From Plasmodiophora brassicae (lineage: Eukaryota), in assembly GCA_036867785.1 (NCBI GenBank), contig CP145409.1:186001-250000 (forward strand): a stretch of 64,000 bases of DNA, given 5' to 3'. The notes below the pieces were generated by a model, which saw only the letters and a program-made list of their open reading frames with translations, was not told the DNA's origin and made no database searches. Of this stretch, positions 1-12,518 are shown piece by piece. The position numbers and the translations under genes were made by a program. The stretch's first letter is position 1, and every line of letters starts with the position of its first letter.

Positions 1-39
1 ATGGTTATTTATTCGGAAGCAAGACATTACCGCTTTCGT

Positions 40-1581
40 CTAGCTTAGACCGGTCACAGACATGCGCTTCAACTTGTAATCATGCGCCGACGTTCCTGAC
101 GGTTTTACGTGCTCCATGGCAACCAGGAAGTCGTCGAGACAGAGTGGTCTGGGCTGCAATTCCTCGTCATCTGGTGAAGTTGCAGTCAAGTCGAACATGC
201 TCGACGTCGTCTCAGTGACGCGTCCACGCTGCGATCGCAGTACTTCTCGAATCGGTATCATAGCAGCGAAGCGGCACCATTCCTTCAGGTCGCTGCCAGA
301 GTACTTGTCGGTCATGGCTGACAGATCCGCTAACTGGACTGATTCGTCCATAAGCTCATCCTGAAGAAGAACCGCTAATATCATCTGTCTCTCCTCAGTG
401 TCAGGAAGTCCGAATTCGAACGTCCTTGGCATCCTTCGAAGAATTGCCTGCAACAGGACACTTAAACAAACATGGCTGCGGTTGCCAAATCAGAACATAC
501 CTCATCAAGATCCCATGGTCTGTTGGTGGCGCATAGTACAAGGACGTGTCCGGAGACATCCGAATCCGTCGTCAAGCCATCCCAGAGCGACATGAATTCT
601 GCCTTCAATTGCGTCGTCTCCGAGTGGTCGCCATACGATGATCGCTGGCCGAGGAAGCACTCAGCCTCATCGACGAAAATAATAGACGGCGCTAACTTAT
701 GCGCTAGACTGAAACACGCACGAATAAGTTTCTACGAGAGAGGAACCAGGTCAACCAAGAACAAGAACCGTGCCCGCGAATCATTACCTGGCTTTCGCCG
801 TACCACTTGTTCTTGACGGTTGACCAGCGCAGGTTAATGAATGTCGCACCTGAATCACGAGCGATGGCTTTAGCTGTCATTGTTTTACCTGAAACACATG
901 GTCAATAGTGCACAAAATCACAGCGACGCCGCTCATCACCGACCAGTTCCAGGAGGGCCATAGAACAGGACTCCTCTCGGAGGGGCCACCAGCTTCCTCG
1001 GCTGCCACTCGCCATCAGGGCTTTTCCTGGAGAATAGTTCTGGGTGTGACAGACTACGGGAGAAACTTAGGAGCACTGAACCAGCTACTGAGACTGATGA
1101 AACAATGTCTTACGGGACGAGCACCGTCTCAATGAGCTGCGACTTCAAACTGACGAGACCGCCAATGCTACTGAAGCTGACATTAATCTCATCAGGCATG
1201 GTGACTTCAGCGATGATGATCTGTTCGTATGAGTCCAGGGCCAGGCCTTCACCCCGGGACCCGAGCCGGGAAACAACGGCGCGTGCCGCCTCTTCAGTCT
1301 TCCAGATCCTCATTAACAAGCAACGTCATCAGGTTCCGGCATGTTACCTTCTTTGAGTTACGTGTTGGGTCCATCTGGGCGATCGTCTTCTTCGTGATGA
1401 AATACATCAACGCGGACGCGAACGCCGTCGTCAACAGATCGAGCGCGAATGTTTTCAGGTCCTTCGAGTGGACATGGTGTATGGACCGCACCGATGCATC
1501 AGCCCCGCCGCCACCTCGCGCCGGAACCAGATCCAGGCCGCTATCGTCTGGCGGCAACGGCCGTGATGAGCCCATGCCCAT
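40..1581 (-). CDS. MSP1: Msp1/ATAD1-like membrane-anchored AAA+ ATPase (multi-exon)
   Basis: N-terminal hydrophobic anchor (FALDLLTTAFASALMYFI), INVSFSSIGGL, Walker A YGPPGT|GKT split by an intron, Walker B IIFVDE, AILRRMP, YSGSDLKEWC; stop at 40. Confidence 0.85.
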
Positions 1582-2834
1582 GCGGTGGCTATACAATGGG
1601 ACGGACTCCGTGCCGGCAGTCGCGCAGCCGCAGACGGCGTTACTCTGCGTCGCGTTTCTCCCACGTCGCCCAGGCCACCTATTACGAGACACTTCAACGC
1701 GGCTCTACCACGATGGACGATGTCGTTCTGAATTTTAGGCTCATGTGCATCAGCTTTCTGGATGCCTTGTATGTTCCAAATTCTGTCCTGCAATGTGCAC
1801 TGAATCGTCCCAGGACCCCATGGGGGCACATGTTATACGAACCGGGATAGCTATTACCTACCAACACTCTCAAGTCGGCGCAGTCAGCAATGACGCGCCA
1901 CCGGCGAGGTCCCACCACTTGCCAAGTACGGTAGGTAGTACATACCAGCCGCTGGTTCGTGACAAGTTGTGACGATGACTTACACTAGGTAAGGAGACGT
2001 CGGAAATTTCAGCGTCGCTCTCGCAGGGGCCCTCGGGACGTCCCCGATTATGCAACAGTTTGCCCTACGAAAGCCATGCCGCCGTTTTCCTCGCTCATTA
2101 TTTAATCAAGCTGGCAATGAAACCGCTTTATTCTTCTGAACATTTGACAGACTAATGATTGGAATCCAAGATTCAGGGTTCGACGAGGGCCACTCTGGCC
2201 ATTTGGATTTCTGCTATTCCTGAGAATTCCTGAAACGGAACTGCACCTCCAGTAAGAGTCGCCTTGGTGACAGTTAGTGCAAACTCCCTCTGGCCTTCCG
2301 ACTTCTTTGCCCGCACGAGGCTGCAAGACCCCTGCGACAGCATAGCCTGCTACAGGGACGGGAGCCACACTGTGACCCAACTCTGTTCACAAACGCAGTC
2401 TGAACCTGCCTATCTATCTACATAGCTTGTTCATGTTCTCCCTTGATACGATTGCGTGAACCGCTGATCCCATCTGGGACACACCAGGGCACGCTTTGCT
2501 TATCAAACAGTGCCAGCGTTGCTGATCTCGATCCACCCCAGCCGGAAAGAGCAGCTGTCGCGCCCATTACGAGTCTGAATGGTGGGTGCAACCACTGTTA
2601 CGTCCAAAACGATACAGCCGCGTCGTGATGGTTGCGAGTCGGACCGCAACCAGTGCCGCGTCTGTAACGAAAAGTGCCGACGTGGAAGCCCACAGCACAG
2701 CACAGGACCGGGTCGAGACTCTTCCGTGACACCACCACTTCACGCGTCGGAGCTTCAGACGTAAACGTGGGAAGAATGCACCGGGAACGTTCACAGTGTA
2801 AAACGCATCGTTCGTGGTCAGGTCTGGTTTGTTA

Positions 2835-4245
2835 ATGGCAACTCCAAGAAACGCTCATCGGTCGCTGTGCAATGACGCTGGAGAGGTGGTGACGGGAACG
2901 TTGCCCGCCGTTGTCGCCACGGCATCGAGCTTTCCTCCTGTCCTGTATACTCAGGAAGAGATCATGGAGGCGTTCCTGAAACAGCATCCGCATCTGTCCA
3001 ACGATGACATCGACTTCGTGCAACGGGTCTTCCGCGGTACCATGTACAGGACTGGCCCAATGTATGTCAACCGCGAGGACATGTTCCGCAAGATGTCGCG
3101 CGTCGAATACCTGGACCACGTCAAGCCCAAGGTACGTTAACGACCACCAACCGGACCACATGTGGTTATTCATTTCCGCTCGGCCAGCTGTTAGACCTGT
3201 CGGTTCGCGCGTCCAAAGACGCTATTGATAAGTGGGGTGGCGACCTGGGCAGCATTACTGTCAGTACGTGTTGCACCGTTTCCGCCCAGCTGATCTGACT
3301 CCCTACATGATTAGCACATGATCTGGGGCACCATGACCGGCAGTATTCAAGCACCAACCGTCGACGTGCAGGTCGCTCGTCAACTGGGCCTGAGTCCCGC
3401 TGTCAAACGCCTAAACGTAAATGCCTGGTAGCAATGGCGAAAGCAATCGCGCTGACCGCAACTGTTTCTAGGTAGAGAACATGGGCTGCATAACCGGGTT
3501 CCGATGCCTGGGCTTGGCTCGCGACATTGCAGCCGCCGACCCTCGCCATGTCGTCCTGGTCGTCACCGCCGATGTCCGTTCGGCGCTGGGCAACCAAATG
3601 TCGACACACGTACCTGGCACTAAGGTCGACCGCTTGCACGTCATTGTTTCGGCCCTGTTCAGAGATGGCGCCGGCGCCGCTATCGTTACTGGCACGAACA
3701 TGGCGTCAGCACCATTGTGGGAGATCATCAGCCATGAATCGAAGATGCTGCCCGAGGAATCGCTGAACATGGTGACGATGAAGGAGCGCAACGACGGCAT
3801 CATTAAGGTGTCCATTGACCGTCGCCTGCCAGAGTCGATCGGGGCGGAGCTTCCCAGCTTCGTTGCATCCCTGCTCGAACCGCACCGGATCCCAATCGGG
3901 TCCTGTTGTTTCGCTGTCCACACGGGCGGCCCCAAAGTGCTCCGGATCGTGGCGGAGAGCCTCGGTATCAACCCGATCCGAATGGGCATGAGCTGGACCG
4001 TCCTGAAACGATATGGCAACCTGTCTGGATCCTCCAACCTTGTTGTCCTCGACCACGTCACCAGGTTCCTCCAGCAACCAGACCTATTCCTGTCAGACGC
4101 CGACATCGAGGACAACGAACGCTTCCAACTCGCCGAGTACTGCGTCTGCTTAAGCTTCGGGCCTGGGGTCTCCATCGAAGGCATCCTCCTAAAGAACGCC
4201 TGCTGGGGTTCGTATTCACCCGACAGCAATAACGCTAGATCCTAG
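2835..4245 (+). CDS. Type III polyketide synthase (chalcone synthase superfamily), 4 exons
   Basis: Spliced product has ENMGCITG (catalytic Cys), AVHTGGPKVL (His), RYGNLSGSS (Asn) and CLSFGPGVSIEGILL; three GT-AG introns. Confidence 0.9.
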
Positions 4246-4387
4246 AAACTCCTGCTATCATAAACACGGCGCGTCGTTCGTCCTCAGAGAAGCTCTGGTG
4301 CATTTTACGTAGCTGCTGAGGGTGAGTGGTGCGGGTGACTGGCGCCCGTCCCGCCCGCGGAGTCCGTGCAGCACACGTTGGGTCGCG

Positions 4388-4859
4388 ATGTCGGCAACGC
4401 GTGGGGTAGGTGCTGACGGCTGCCGTTCTGGTCCCGTCTGTATGCTGACGGTGCGTTCTGTGTGGAGATGCGGTTGGCGCCCGACGTGCACCGGTGTCTG
4501 TTTGTTCGCAACCTGCCGTTCAACCTGACGGCCGACGAGCTGTACGACCTGTTCGGCAAGTACGGCGCCATCCGACAGATTCGGAAGTAGGTTGTTCGTT
4601 TGTCAGTGGCTGTTGCAGACGCTCATGATCTGGCAGGGGCGTCGACCCGAGCACGCGCGGTACGGCGTTCGTCGTATACGAGGACATATTCGACGCCAAG
4701 AACGCCTGTCAGCACCTGTCCGGGTTCAACGTCAAGGGTCGGTACCTGATCGTCCTATACTACAGCGAGGAGCGGCACAAGACGGCGACGGCGCGTCGGA
4801 AGGCTCGCGAGGAAGAGCTACAGCAGCTCAAGTCCAGCATGGACACCGACGATATGTGA
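4388..4859 (+). CDS. SF3B6: Spliceosomal branch-site protein p14 (SF3B6)
   Basis: [38 protein letters not shown]...[37 protein letters not shown]; start may instead be ATG 4468. Confidence 0.93.
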
Positions 4860-5029
4860 TGACAGGTTAGCCTTCCCCCTGCCCGCTCTATGTAAAGTAT
4901 ATTCACCCAGCAGGAGCCGCCCTCGTCTGCAATTGGCTTTATGTGACGGTTGACGTAGCGGGCGATCGTCGTTAGTGTACCTACTAGTGCCTCGATTGCC
5001 AACCTGGGGCGACGAACGATGCCGGCGAG

Positions 5030-6430
5030 ATGAACGCGCATGACCTGCGACTAGGGACAGCGTCGTCGTTACCGTCGCCGTCATCGGTTCTGACGTTCGA
5101 CCATGACCCGGTATGGTGCGTCAGAGGGCCGATACCGGCCCAGGGGGTGACATCTGCTCGTGTAGAGGTCGTCGCCGAGCGCGCGGCAGACCGTACAGAG
5201 CCTTCTCGACGACATCGAACAGGCCTTGTACGACCCGACGCGTATGGCGTCCTGGTCGCGCAACGACGAGGTCGCAACACGTGGGCAGGGCGCCGAGATT
5301 GTCTCCAACGACGACCTGCGCGAATGGACGGCCGCGTTCCCCCACCTGAACGTCGTCGGTGTCGCGTGCGGCGGCATCGAGCGCCGTTCTGACGACCCAT
5401 GGAGTCGTGTGTCGCCAAGGGAGGGTCCAACGGCGCCTGTTGCGACGTCTCTGGACACCGGCCTCACTGTTCGTGGCCTCTCCATGACAATGTCGGGCGT
5501 TGAGGTTCGAAGCGGTGTTCAGGCTGCTGACGGGTCGTCGTTAGATTGAGTGAAGGCGGGGAACTCGAAGAGATCATCGCGATGGATGGTGACGCCGAGC
5601 AGGTCTTCGCCGAGGACCACAGCAGGGCGCCCTTATCGTCGGTCGTTCACGTTCCAGGCGTCACAGATGCTGCGAGCGTTCGACGTATCAAGCGGCGTCA
5701 GCGGCGCGGGCACCCTCCGCTAACGCCGTCGCGTCTGCTCGTGCATTCGTGCTTCGAGGACCTGTTCGACGCGTTGTGGGCCATCATCGCCCAGCGCCTG
5801 GCGCCCCTCCTACGCCTGGCCCGGGCACGGTCCCGGTCGCCGACGAAGAAACCGACCGACGATTGCGATCCGAGCGCGCTGAGCTCTGCCATGATCATTC
5901 GATCGTGTGCCATGATGTCACGTTCCCCTGGTCGACGTTCATCGACCGCAATGCGAACGCCAACGTACGGGGACGCCGCCTGGCCACGTTCCGTCTGTCG
6001 AACACCAACCGCTGCGCGCCCCATACAATTGGAAGGCGGCCGGAACGTGACAACGCCGACGCCGGCGCATGGGACGCGCCCGTCCACCTGCACGATGGCG
6101 ATGCGGCCGGCCAGCCTGCAACCGACGTTGCAGATCGTTGGATACGACCACCTGTATCGGGCGCACTTCAACCTGAACCGATCCAAGCACGGCACCGTCA
6201 CGAAACGATCGCAGGCGCCCGCCGGCCGGCAGCGATTACGGTCGGCGCGCGGCGCGCCGTCCCATCGTAATGCACCAGCGGGGCACGGGCAACGGTCGTT
6301 CCAGGTGGTGTTCCCGGAAGTAGCCGGGACGCGCCCGCCGAGTCGCAAGGCGAACCTGTCGTCGTCGCATCCGCACGCGATGCTGAGAAGGCGGCCCGCC
6401 CTGCTGATCCTGCCGCCCGTTAAACCGTAA
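5030..6430 (+). CDS. FAM149/DUF3719-like (ciliary) protein
   Basis: Spliced motifs VQSLLDDIEQALY, REWTAAFPHLNVVG and ELEEIIAMDG resemble FAM149-family conserved blocks. Confidence 0.6.
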
Positions 6431-6562
6431 ATAGAGACTAGGGGCGCGCCAGCGCCTTCTGATCAACGGGATTGCTGTTTATTGGCAGGGCTCGAGAATG
6501 ACGGCGTTAGTGGGAATAATGACAGTATGTGTGAACAATGAGGCGGGGGGCGCGCGCTGAGC

Positions 6563-7076
<514 letters not shown>

Positions 7077-7535
7077 CGCGTCAAGTGCTGCTGGTCCCTG
7101 ACGACACGGTCGGCGACGTCGTCCCGCTTCGATTGATCAACTGCGGGCGGCGGCTGCGCACCAAAATCGCCCCAACCACCACCACCACCAGAAGCGGCCG
7201 TGCGTTTTTGTCGTCGTCCCTGCTCCGGGGGCTTCGTTCGACCTGGCTGGGCGGCACCTAAAAATACGGGAGGCGGCCCGACAACCTCACACCGCTGGCT
7301 GGCGCTGCGTCGCTCGTCCGTGTCACCTGTCAGTCAGAGTCCGCCCACCCGCGGACGCCCAGTCAGTCACACACGAGGCCACCCGGTCGACGACAGATTT
7401 TTCTCGCGCGGCAACAGTAGCAGCTCCTGGGCATGCGTCCTTCCTCCCCATGGTGATATCTTCTATCGCGACACACACATGACCGCACTGTGTTCCTGTC
7501 TGGACGCGCTACAAATCGCAACAGTGTATGTGGGG

Positions 7536-8951
7536 CTAGAAGTGCTCGAGGTCGTCAGTCGGTACGGGGCGCAGGTAGTCGTCGTCGAGGAAGTCATGGC
7601 GCGACCAGTCGGGCGGGGTAGTGGCGTGCGTCCATTCATCGCAGGAATAGGCAAGCGCGTGTAGCCAGATTTCGGCGCAGAACAATCCGCCCTGGGTCGT
7701 GGGATCCGCCGGGACGTAGTGGTCGTTGGATCGGTCGCACTGCGGGCAGTACGACACCAAGCCCTGGTGGACGCGCTCAGCAAACGCAAGCGCGCTCCTG
7801 CGATCCTCTTCGTCAACGACGGGGTTCACGTAGAGCCTCGTGTTCCCCTGGCACAGGACCCCGCCGTATACAGGATCGTTGGCGATCGGGTATCCCATGC
7901 CCTGGCGCAGGGAGCGGTCAGCTGATCAGGCACAACACAAACAAACTGGACGACCCACCCTGAGATGAATTCGAATCTGGTGCGTGCGCCCTGTGATTGG
8001 ATAGCACAGAACGACGCTAGTCGTTCCGTTGTAGCTGACACGCCGGAAGGCGGTCGTCGACGGTTTACCCTTGTCATGGCACACGCCATACCTGGAGAAC
8101 TTCTTCGACACGCACGTAATCGGGTCGTTCGATACGATCCACTGCGAACGGGAATAATCAGCACCGAGCGATTTGATGCAGTCAGGGACAACGCGTGTGT
8201 CGATCGTGACACTAGCGGTGTCATTTGGGGACGCCAGCGGGAACTCGCCACGAACGCGCGCCAGGTACACCTTTCTCATTTCGCGTCCCTCGATGCGAGC
8301 GGTTATGGCCCGGGCAGACTTCGAGTTCAGCGCCAGAACGAGGATACCCGACGTCAGCCGGTCGAGTCGGTGAACAGGCAAAGCACCGTCAATCCCGTGC
8401 CGACGTGCAAGCAGATGGACGATCGAGTTGAACTGGTATCGCCCGCACGGATGGACCGGTACCGAAGCCGGTTTGTTCACGACCAGCATGTCATCGCCTA
8501 GGTGGACGATCTCGACCTCGTAGCGAACGGGCGGCTCATGACGGTGAACAGTGTGCACCAGGGTATCCATATGGTTGAAACAGTACTCGGGATCAAACTG
8601 AGCGCCGTTGATCCGCAAACGGCCATCCTTGGCGGCAGCGACCCAGTAATCGTGATTGTACGCGTTGAACTCATCGGCAAGCACGTCGACAACTCGCCGT
8701 CCCAGCCAGCGGTGCTTGCAATTGGCCTGGAACTCCTTGAAGTACGGTGCGACTCGCGATACGCCACCCACTTCCAGGAATGTGGTGCAATCCAGGCCCG
8801 ACTCCCATTTCACAACCGGCGACGGGCGAGCTAGCTTTGCTTCCTTGCGACGTTCCTTCGTCTCTTCTCTGTACTGCCGTCGTCGGACGCGTTTCGACAC
8901 CGTGCCGTTAACGTTGCCATCGTCGTTGGCGGCGTCACTGTCGATCAGCAT
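7536..8951 (-). CDS. RluA-family RNA pseudouridine synthase (RPUSD2/RIB2-like) with S4-like domain
   Basis: VVNKPASVPVHP, catalytic HRLDRLTSG, TGRTHQIRIHL, then after an intron GYPIANDPVYG and IWLHALAY. Confidence 0.92.
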
Positions 8952-9041
8952 CGTCCGTGGCGCTGTCCGCGGCGGACTGCGTGACGCACCTCGGGGGGAT
9001 AGAACGCGGCGGCACAACGTTGAACGTGCCTGTGTGCTTCT

Positions 9042-9434
9042 TCTATGAGCAGGACGTCGGCGAAGTACAGAGCCGACTCATCAGCGCTGCTTGAGCACGC
9101 TAAGAATCAACGAAGTTCAGGTCCCCAGCTGCACGGCTCTTCAACGCAGGGAGGCGTCCGCTTAGACGGTCGTGTCTCGCAGGCAGCCTTGTTGGTTCGA
9201 CGAAAAGTCTTGAAGGACTAAGCTGGTCTTCGGCTAATTTGGCGCGAATTTATATTGACGCTCTCCACGTAAACGGGACGCCATCGCGGTGCTCATCGAA
9301 TCACTGCGTCGTCCCTGACGAGATGTTAATCAGTAACCTGAACTTCAATGCAGTGAGTTGACATACGGCTGGTTATTAGCGTGCTCAAGCAGCGCTGATG
9401 AGTCGGCTTTGTACTTTGTCGTCGTGCTCCTAGA
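9042..9434. repeat. Long imperfect inverted repeat / fold-back (arms about 9042-9122 and 9336-9434)
   Basis: 9063-9103 is the reverse complement of 9376-9416 at 40/41 positions; 9112-9122 pairs perfectly with 9336-9346; outer pairing continues to 9042/9434. Confidence 0.9.
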
Positions 9435-10256
9435 CGAATGGCGAAACGCCTGCTGAAGGTCGATGTCGGACGCTCCACCCAGGTCCATAATAGACTACCA
9501 GTTGTCTGCATCCATTGGGTTCCTCAGGGCCCGTCCCTTTCGGTCACTGCTCGACATCGTTATCTTTGACGTCACATAGTGCAGACCCCTCCTCGCCGGT
9601 CTTCCAATCCATGTAGTGTACAATCGTACGTGCTAGCATGGATGGGGCGTACTTGGGAGCACGATCACTCGGGCGGAATCAGCGATTTGTACACACCGAT
9701 TAGGGCACAGACGTACTTCAGTCCGCGATAATGAACATAGTACGCTGCCTCTGAGGTCTCAGCGAGCATCCTATTCCCAAAGACCTTCCTGTGATCTTTC
9801 TCGCTGACCTGACTTTCGAGCTTCTGGTCCTCTTCTGTAACGCATCGCTCAACCAGAGATTCTTAAGCAGCAAATTTGCTGGTCCAAGTGCTCCCAAATA
9901 CCCGGTGCGAGCATGGCCAGGGGGACGTTACACCACTGTCCAGGTCTGCTGCTGAAAGGCGTCGGACACGAACGTGGGAACGTGCCTGCTTCCCGACCAT
10001 TCAGCAGTTTGGCGGGCCTTGGCACAACGTCCCGAATAACGCAGGCGGAGACGCGGTCGCCGCCCTTCATTGCAGCAGTACAGGACGACGGTAATTAGGG
10101 TGCGGGCCTCGTTCGCGTCAGAAGACCCCGACGCGCGCCATGGTGGGCCCCTGTGACCCATTTATTTGTGCCGGTCACAGGGTTGGGCTGTGGTCGGGAA
10201 AGCGTTCTGCGCTCCGCGACCGGAAGGGCATATACACACGCGCGACGACGACGACG

Positions 10257-10721
10257 ATGAAGGTGGAGGCGGCAGCATCACCGGCGGCGGACCTGGACGC
10301 CGTCCTCGAGCGCATGCAGGTCGAGCTGCCGGCGCCGGCGCGCTCGGCGCGCTCGTTCTTCATCGAGGCGCACGCCGGCGACATGCAGCGCTGGGAGGAC
10401 CTGGACGGCGAAGATCGCATGACGTACCTGGCCATGGAGGCCGCCGACCGCGAACGCTTCCAGAAAGAGGTCAACCTGCTGACCGACCGCCTGCGGTCAT
10501 CGCGAACCGCCTACGACCTGTTCTGCGAATCCGAACGCGACCGCGTCGTCCGCGACACGCCGGGCGCCTCGCCGGAAACCATCGCCAACATCCTGTCGCA
10601 GCGATGGTTCTCGTCCGGACACGCCACCCAGTTCAAGTTCGAGTGCCTGGCGGAACAGGAAGGCGCCCGGCGCGAGCAACAGACGGCCGTCCTGCGGTCC
10701 CGGCTCCTCGATATGTGCTGA
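10257..10721 (+). CDS. Small HMG-box protein (two degenerate boxes)
   Basis: RSARSFFIE...RWEDLDGEDRMTYLAMEAADRERFQKE and RTAYDLFCESER...IANILSQRW...KFECLAEQE. Confidence 0.7.
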   Translation: MKVEAAASPAADLDAVLERMQVELPAPARSARSFFIEAHAGDMQRWEDLDGEDRMTYLAMEAADRERFQKEVNLLTDRLRSSRTAYDLFCESERDRVVRDTPGASPETIANILSQRWFSSGHATQFKFECLAEQEGARREQQTAVLRSRLLDMC

Positions 10722-10811
10722 GCCCGCCCGCCCGCTCGGCAATACATTCGTTTGGTATTCTATTCCAGAGGTCGCGTGGGCGTTCGAACGCGTGGCCTCC
10801 ACTGAACGACG

Positions 10812-12220
10812 ATGCGATGGGTCGGCGGCCCTGGATCGCGGCGATGGCTGGCGTCCTCGGTGGCCAGGGCGCAGGTGTTTGCCGGGCCAGGCACGCCGTT
10901 CGATTACAGACGCGTGCGATTGCCCGACCTGGGCGCCGGCGAGTGTCTCGTCCAGGTCACGATGGCGACGATTTGCGGATCGGACCTGCATACGATCACG
11001 GGCAGGAGCAACGACGCCCTGCAACGGTCGGCACCTGTTCGATAACGGGAAAGTTGTCTACTGTGTAGGTGCCCGGAAGGAGCCGTTTCCGCTGATCCTG
11101 GGGCACGAAGGCGTCGGCGTCGTCGTTGAATCGCGACGCGACGACTGTGCCGTTGGACAGCGCGTGACCTGGTCTGTCGCCGATTCGTGCGGCCACTGCC
11201 AGCCCTGCACCGACTACGATCTTCCACAGAAATGCGAGTCGCTGTTCAAGTCGGCCAATTATGCCATGTCAGTGGTGGCCATCCCGATTCGACTGACTGT
11301 GCCACCAGGTATGGCCACACGACGTTCGCGCAAGGCCATGGCCTGCACGGGACGTATTCCTCCCACGTCGTCATCAGACGTGGGACCCACATTGTTCCTG
11401 TCCCCAGCAGGATCAGCGATGCGGTCACAAGCCACGCGTGCGATTCGTCGTCGTCGTCGACCTAACCTGGCATTGTCCAGGTCGTGTCGCCTGCGAACTG
11501 TGCCCTGGCGACCGTTGTCAACTGTCTGGAGGAGGGACCGCTACTGCCCAGGCACCGGCACACCGCCATTGTGCAGGGCGCCGGCCTGTTGGGGATATAC
11601 GGTCACAGCGAACGCGCTCGGCCAGCTGCAGGCCCTGTGAATCTGACGTGCCGCGTGCAGCATGTGCTTGGTTACGACACGAGCTGGGCTTCAGCAACGT
11701 GATCTGCGTCGATCGCAACCCGCCAAGGCTTGAACTCGCGTCTGAGTGCGGCGCCATCACCGTTGATGCCTCGGCACACCAGGCCGATTTGATCAGAGAC
11801 CTGGCGCCATCCGGTGCCGATTTAGTCGTCGAGGCATGATGCACGAGTCCCGTGTGCGCTTCATACCTCTTGTTTGTGTGACACCGTTTGCTGCAGCTCA
11901 CTGGCGATTCATCACTGGTTAAGCAAGGGATTTCGCTGCTGAGATACGGGGGCAGCTACGTCTGGTGCGGCATGGTCCACCCGGGCACGCCGCTCACCGG
12001 CGTCACCGGCGACGACGTCGTCCGCAAGTCCATCATCATCCAGGGCAAGCACAACTACGCCCCTCGACATCTGACTCAGGCCGTCCGCTTCCTCGACAGG
12101 CACCTGGACGCGCTCCCGTTTCACAAGCTCGTCTCGCCGGCGCTCCCACTCGACGACCTCCAGTCCGCTATAGACCTGGCCATGGTGTCCACCTGGCCGA
12201 GGATCGCTCTGCAGCCGTAA
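10812..12220 (+). CDS. Zn-dependent medium-chain alcohol dehydrogenase (multi-exon)
   Basis: ICGSDLH, LGHEGVG, structural Zn CGHCQPC...QKC, Rossmann VQGAGLLG, GKHNYAPRHL; Arg-rich N-terminus resembles a mitochondrial presequence. Confidence 0.9.
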
Positions 12221-12518
12221 GATAGGAATAAAACGAAACAGCGGGTCGATTTAATCGCTAAATTAAAACATCCAACGCGGGGAACGGGAAATGGTCAACA
12301 CGCACCGATGGGCGACAAGGGCGATCCAAATCGGGCGCTGCCACTGACTGGGTCGCTGTGCCGTGAGGCCGGCGCGCCGCCCCCGACTAGGGCCCCTAAA
12401 AAATGCCGATGGCTGGCACGGAGTTGCAGGTGGTGACTCGGTCCACCGCTCCACACAGGGGACTGAGTCGCACTTCTGTCTGACAATCATCAGCGTCCGT
12501 TTCGGGTGTGTTCACTGC

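Noticed and set aside
1600-2830. Short ORFs with Cys motifs (MCPHGV, CTNC) as a possible decayed transposase
   Set aside because: No continuous domain, terminal repeats or catalytic motif could be assembled
9380-9475. Hammerhead ribozyme (CTGATGA-GTC...GAC/GAAAC)
   Set aside because: The core CUGAUGA is present, but stems I and III and the NUH site cannot be formed consistently; the copy on the other arm has a good stem II but lacks GAAA
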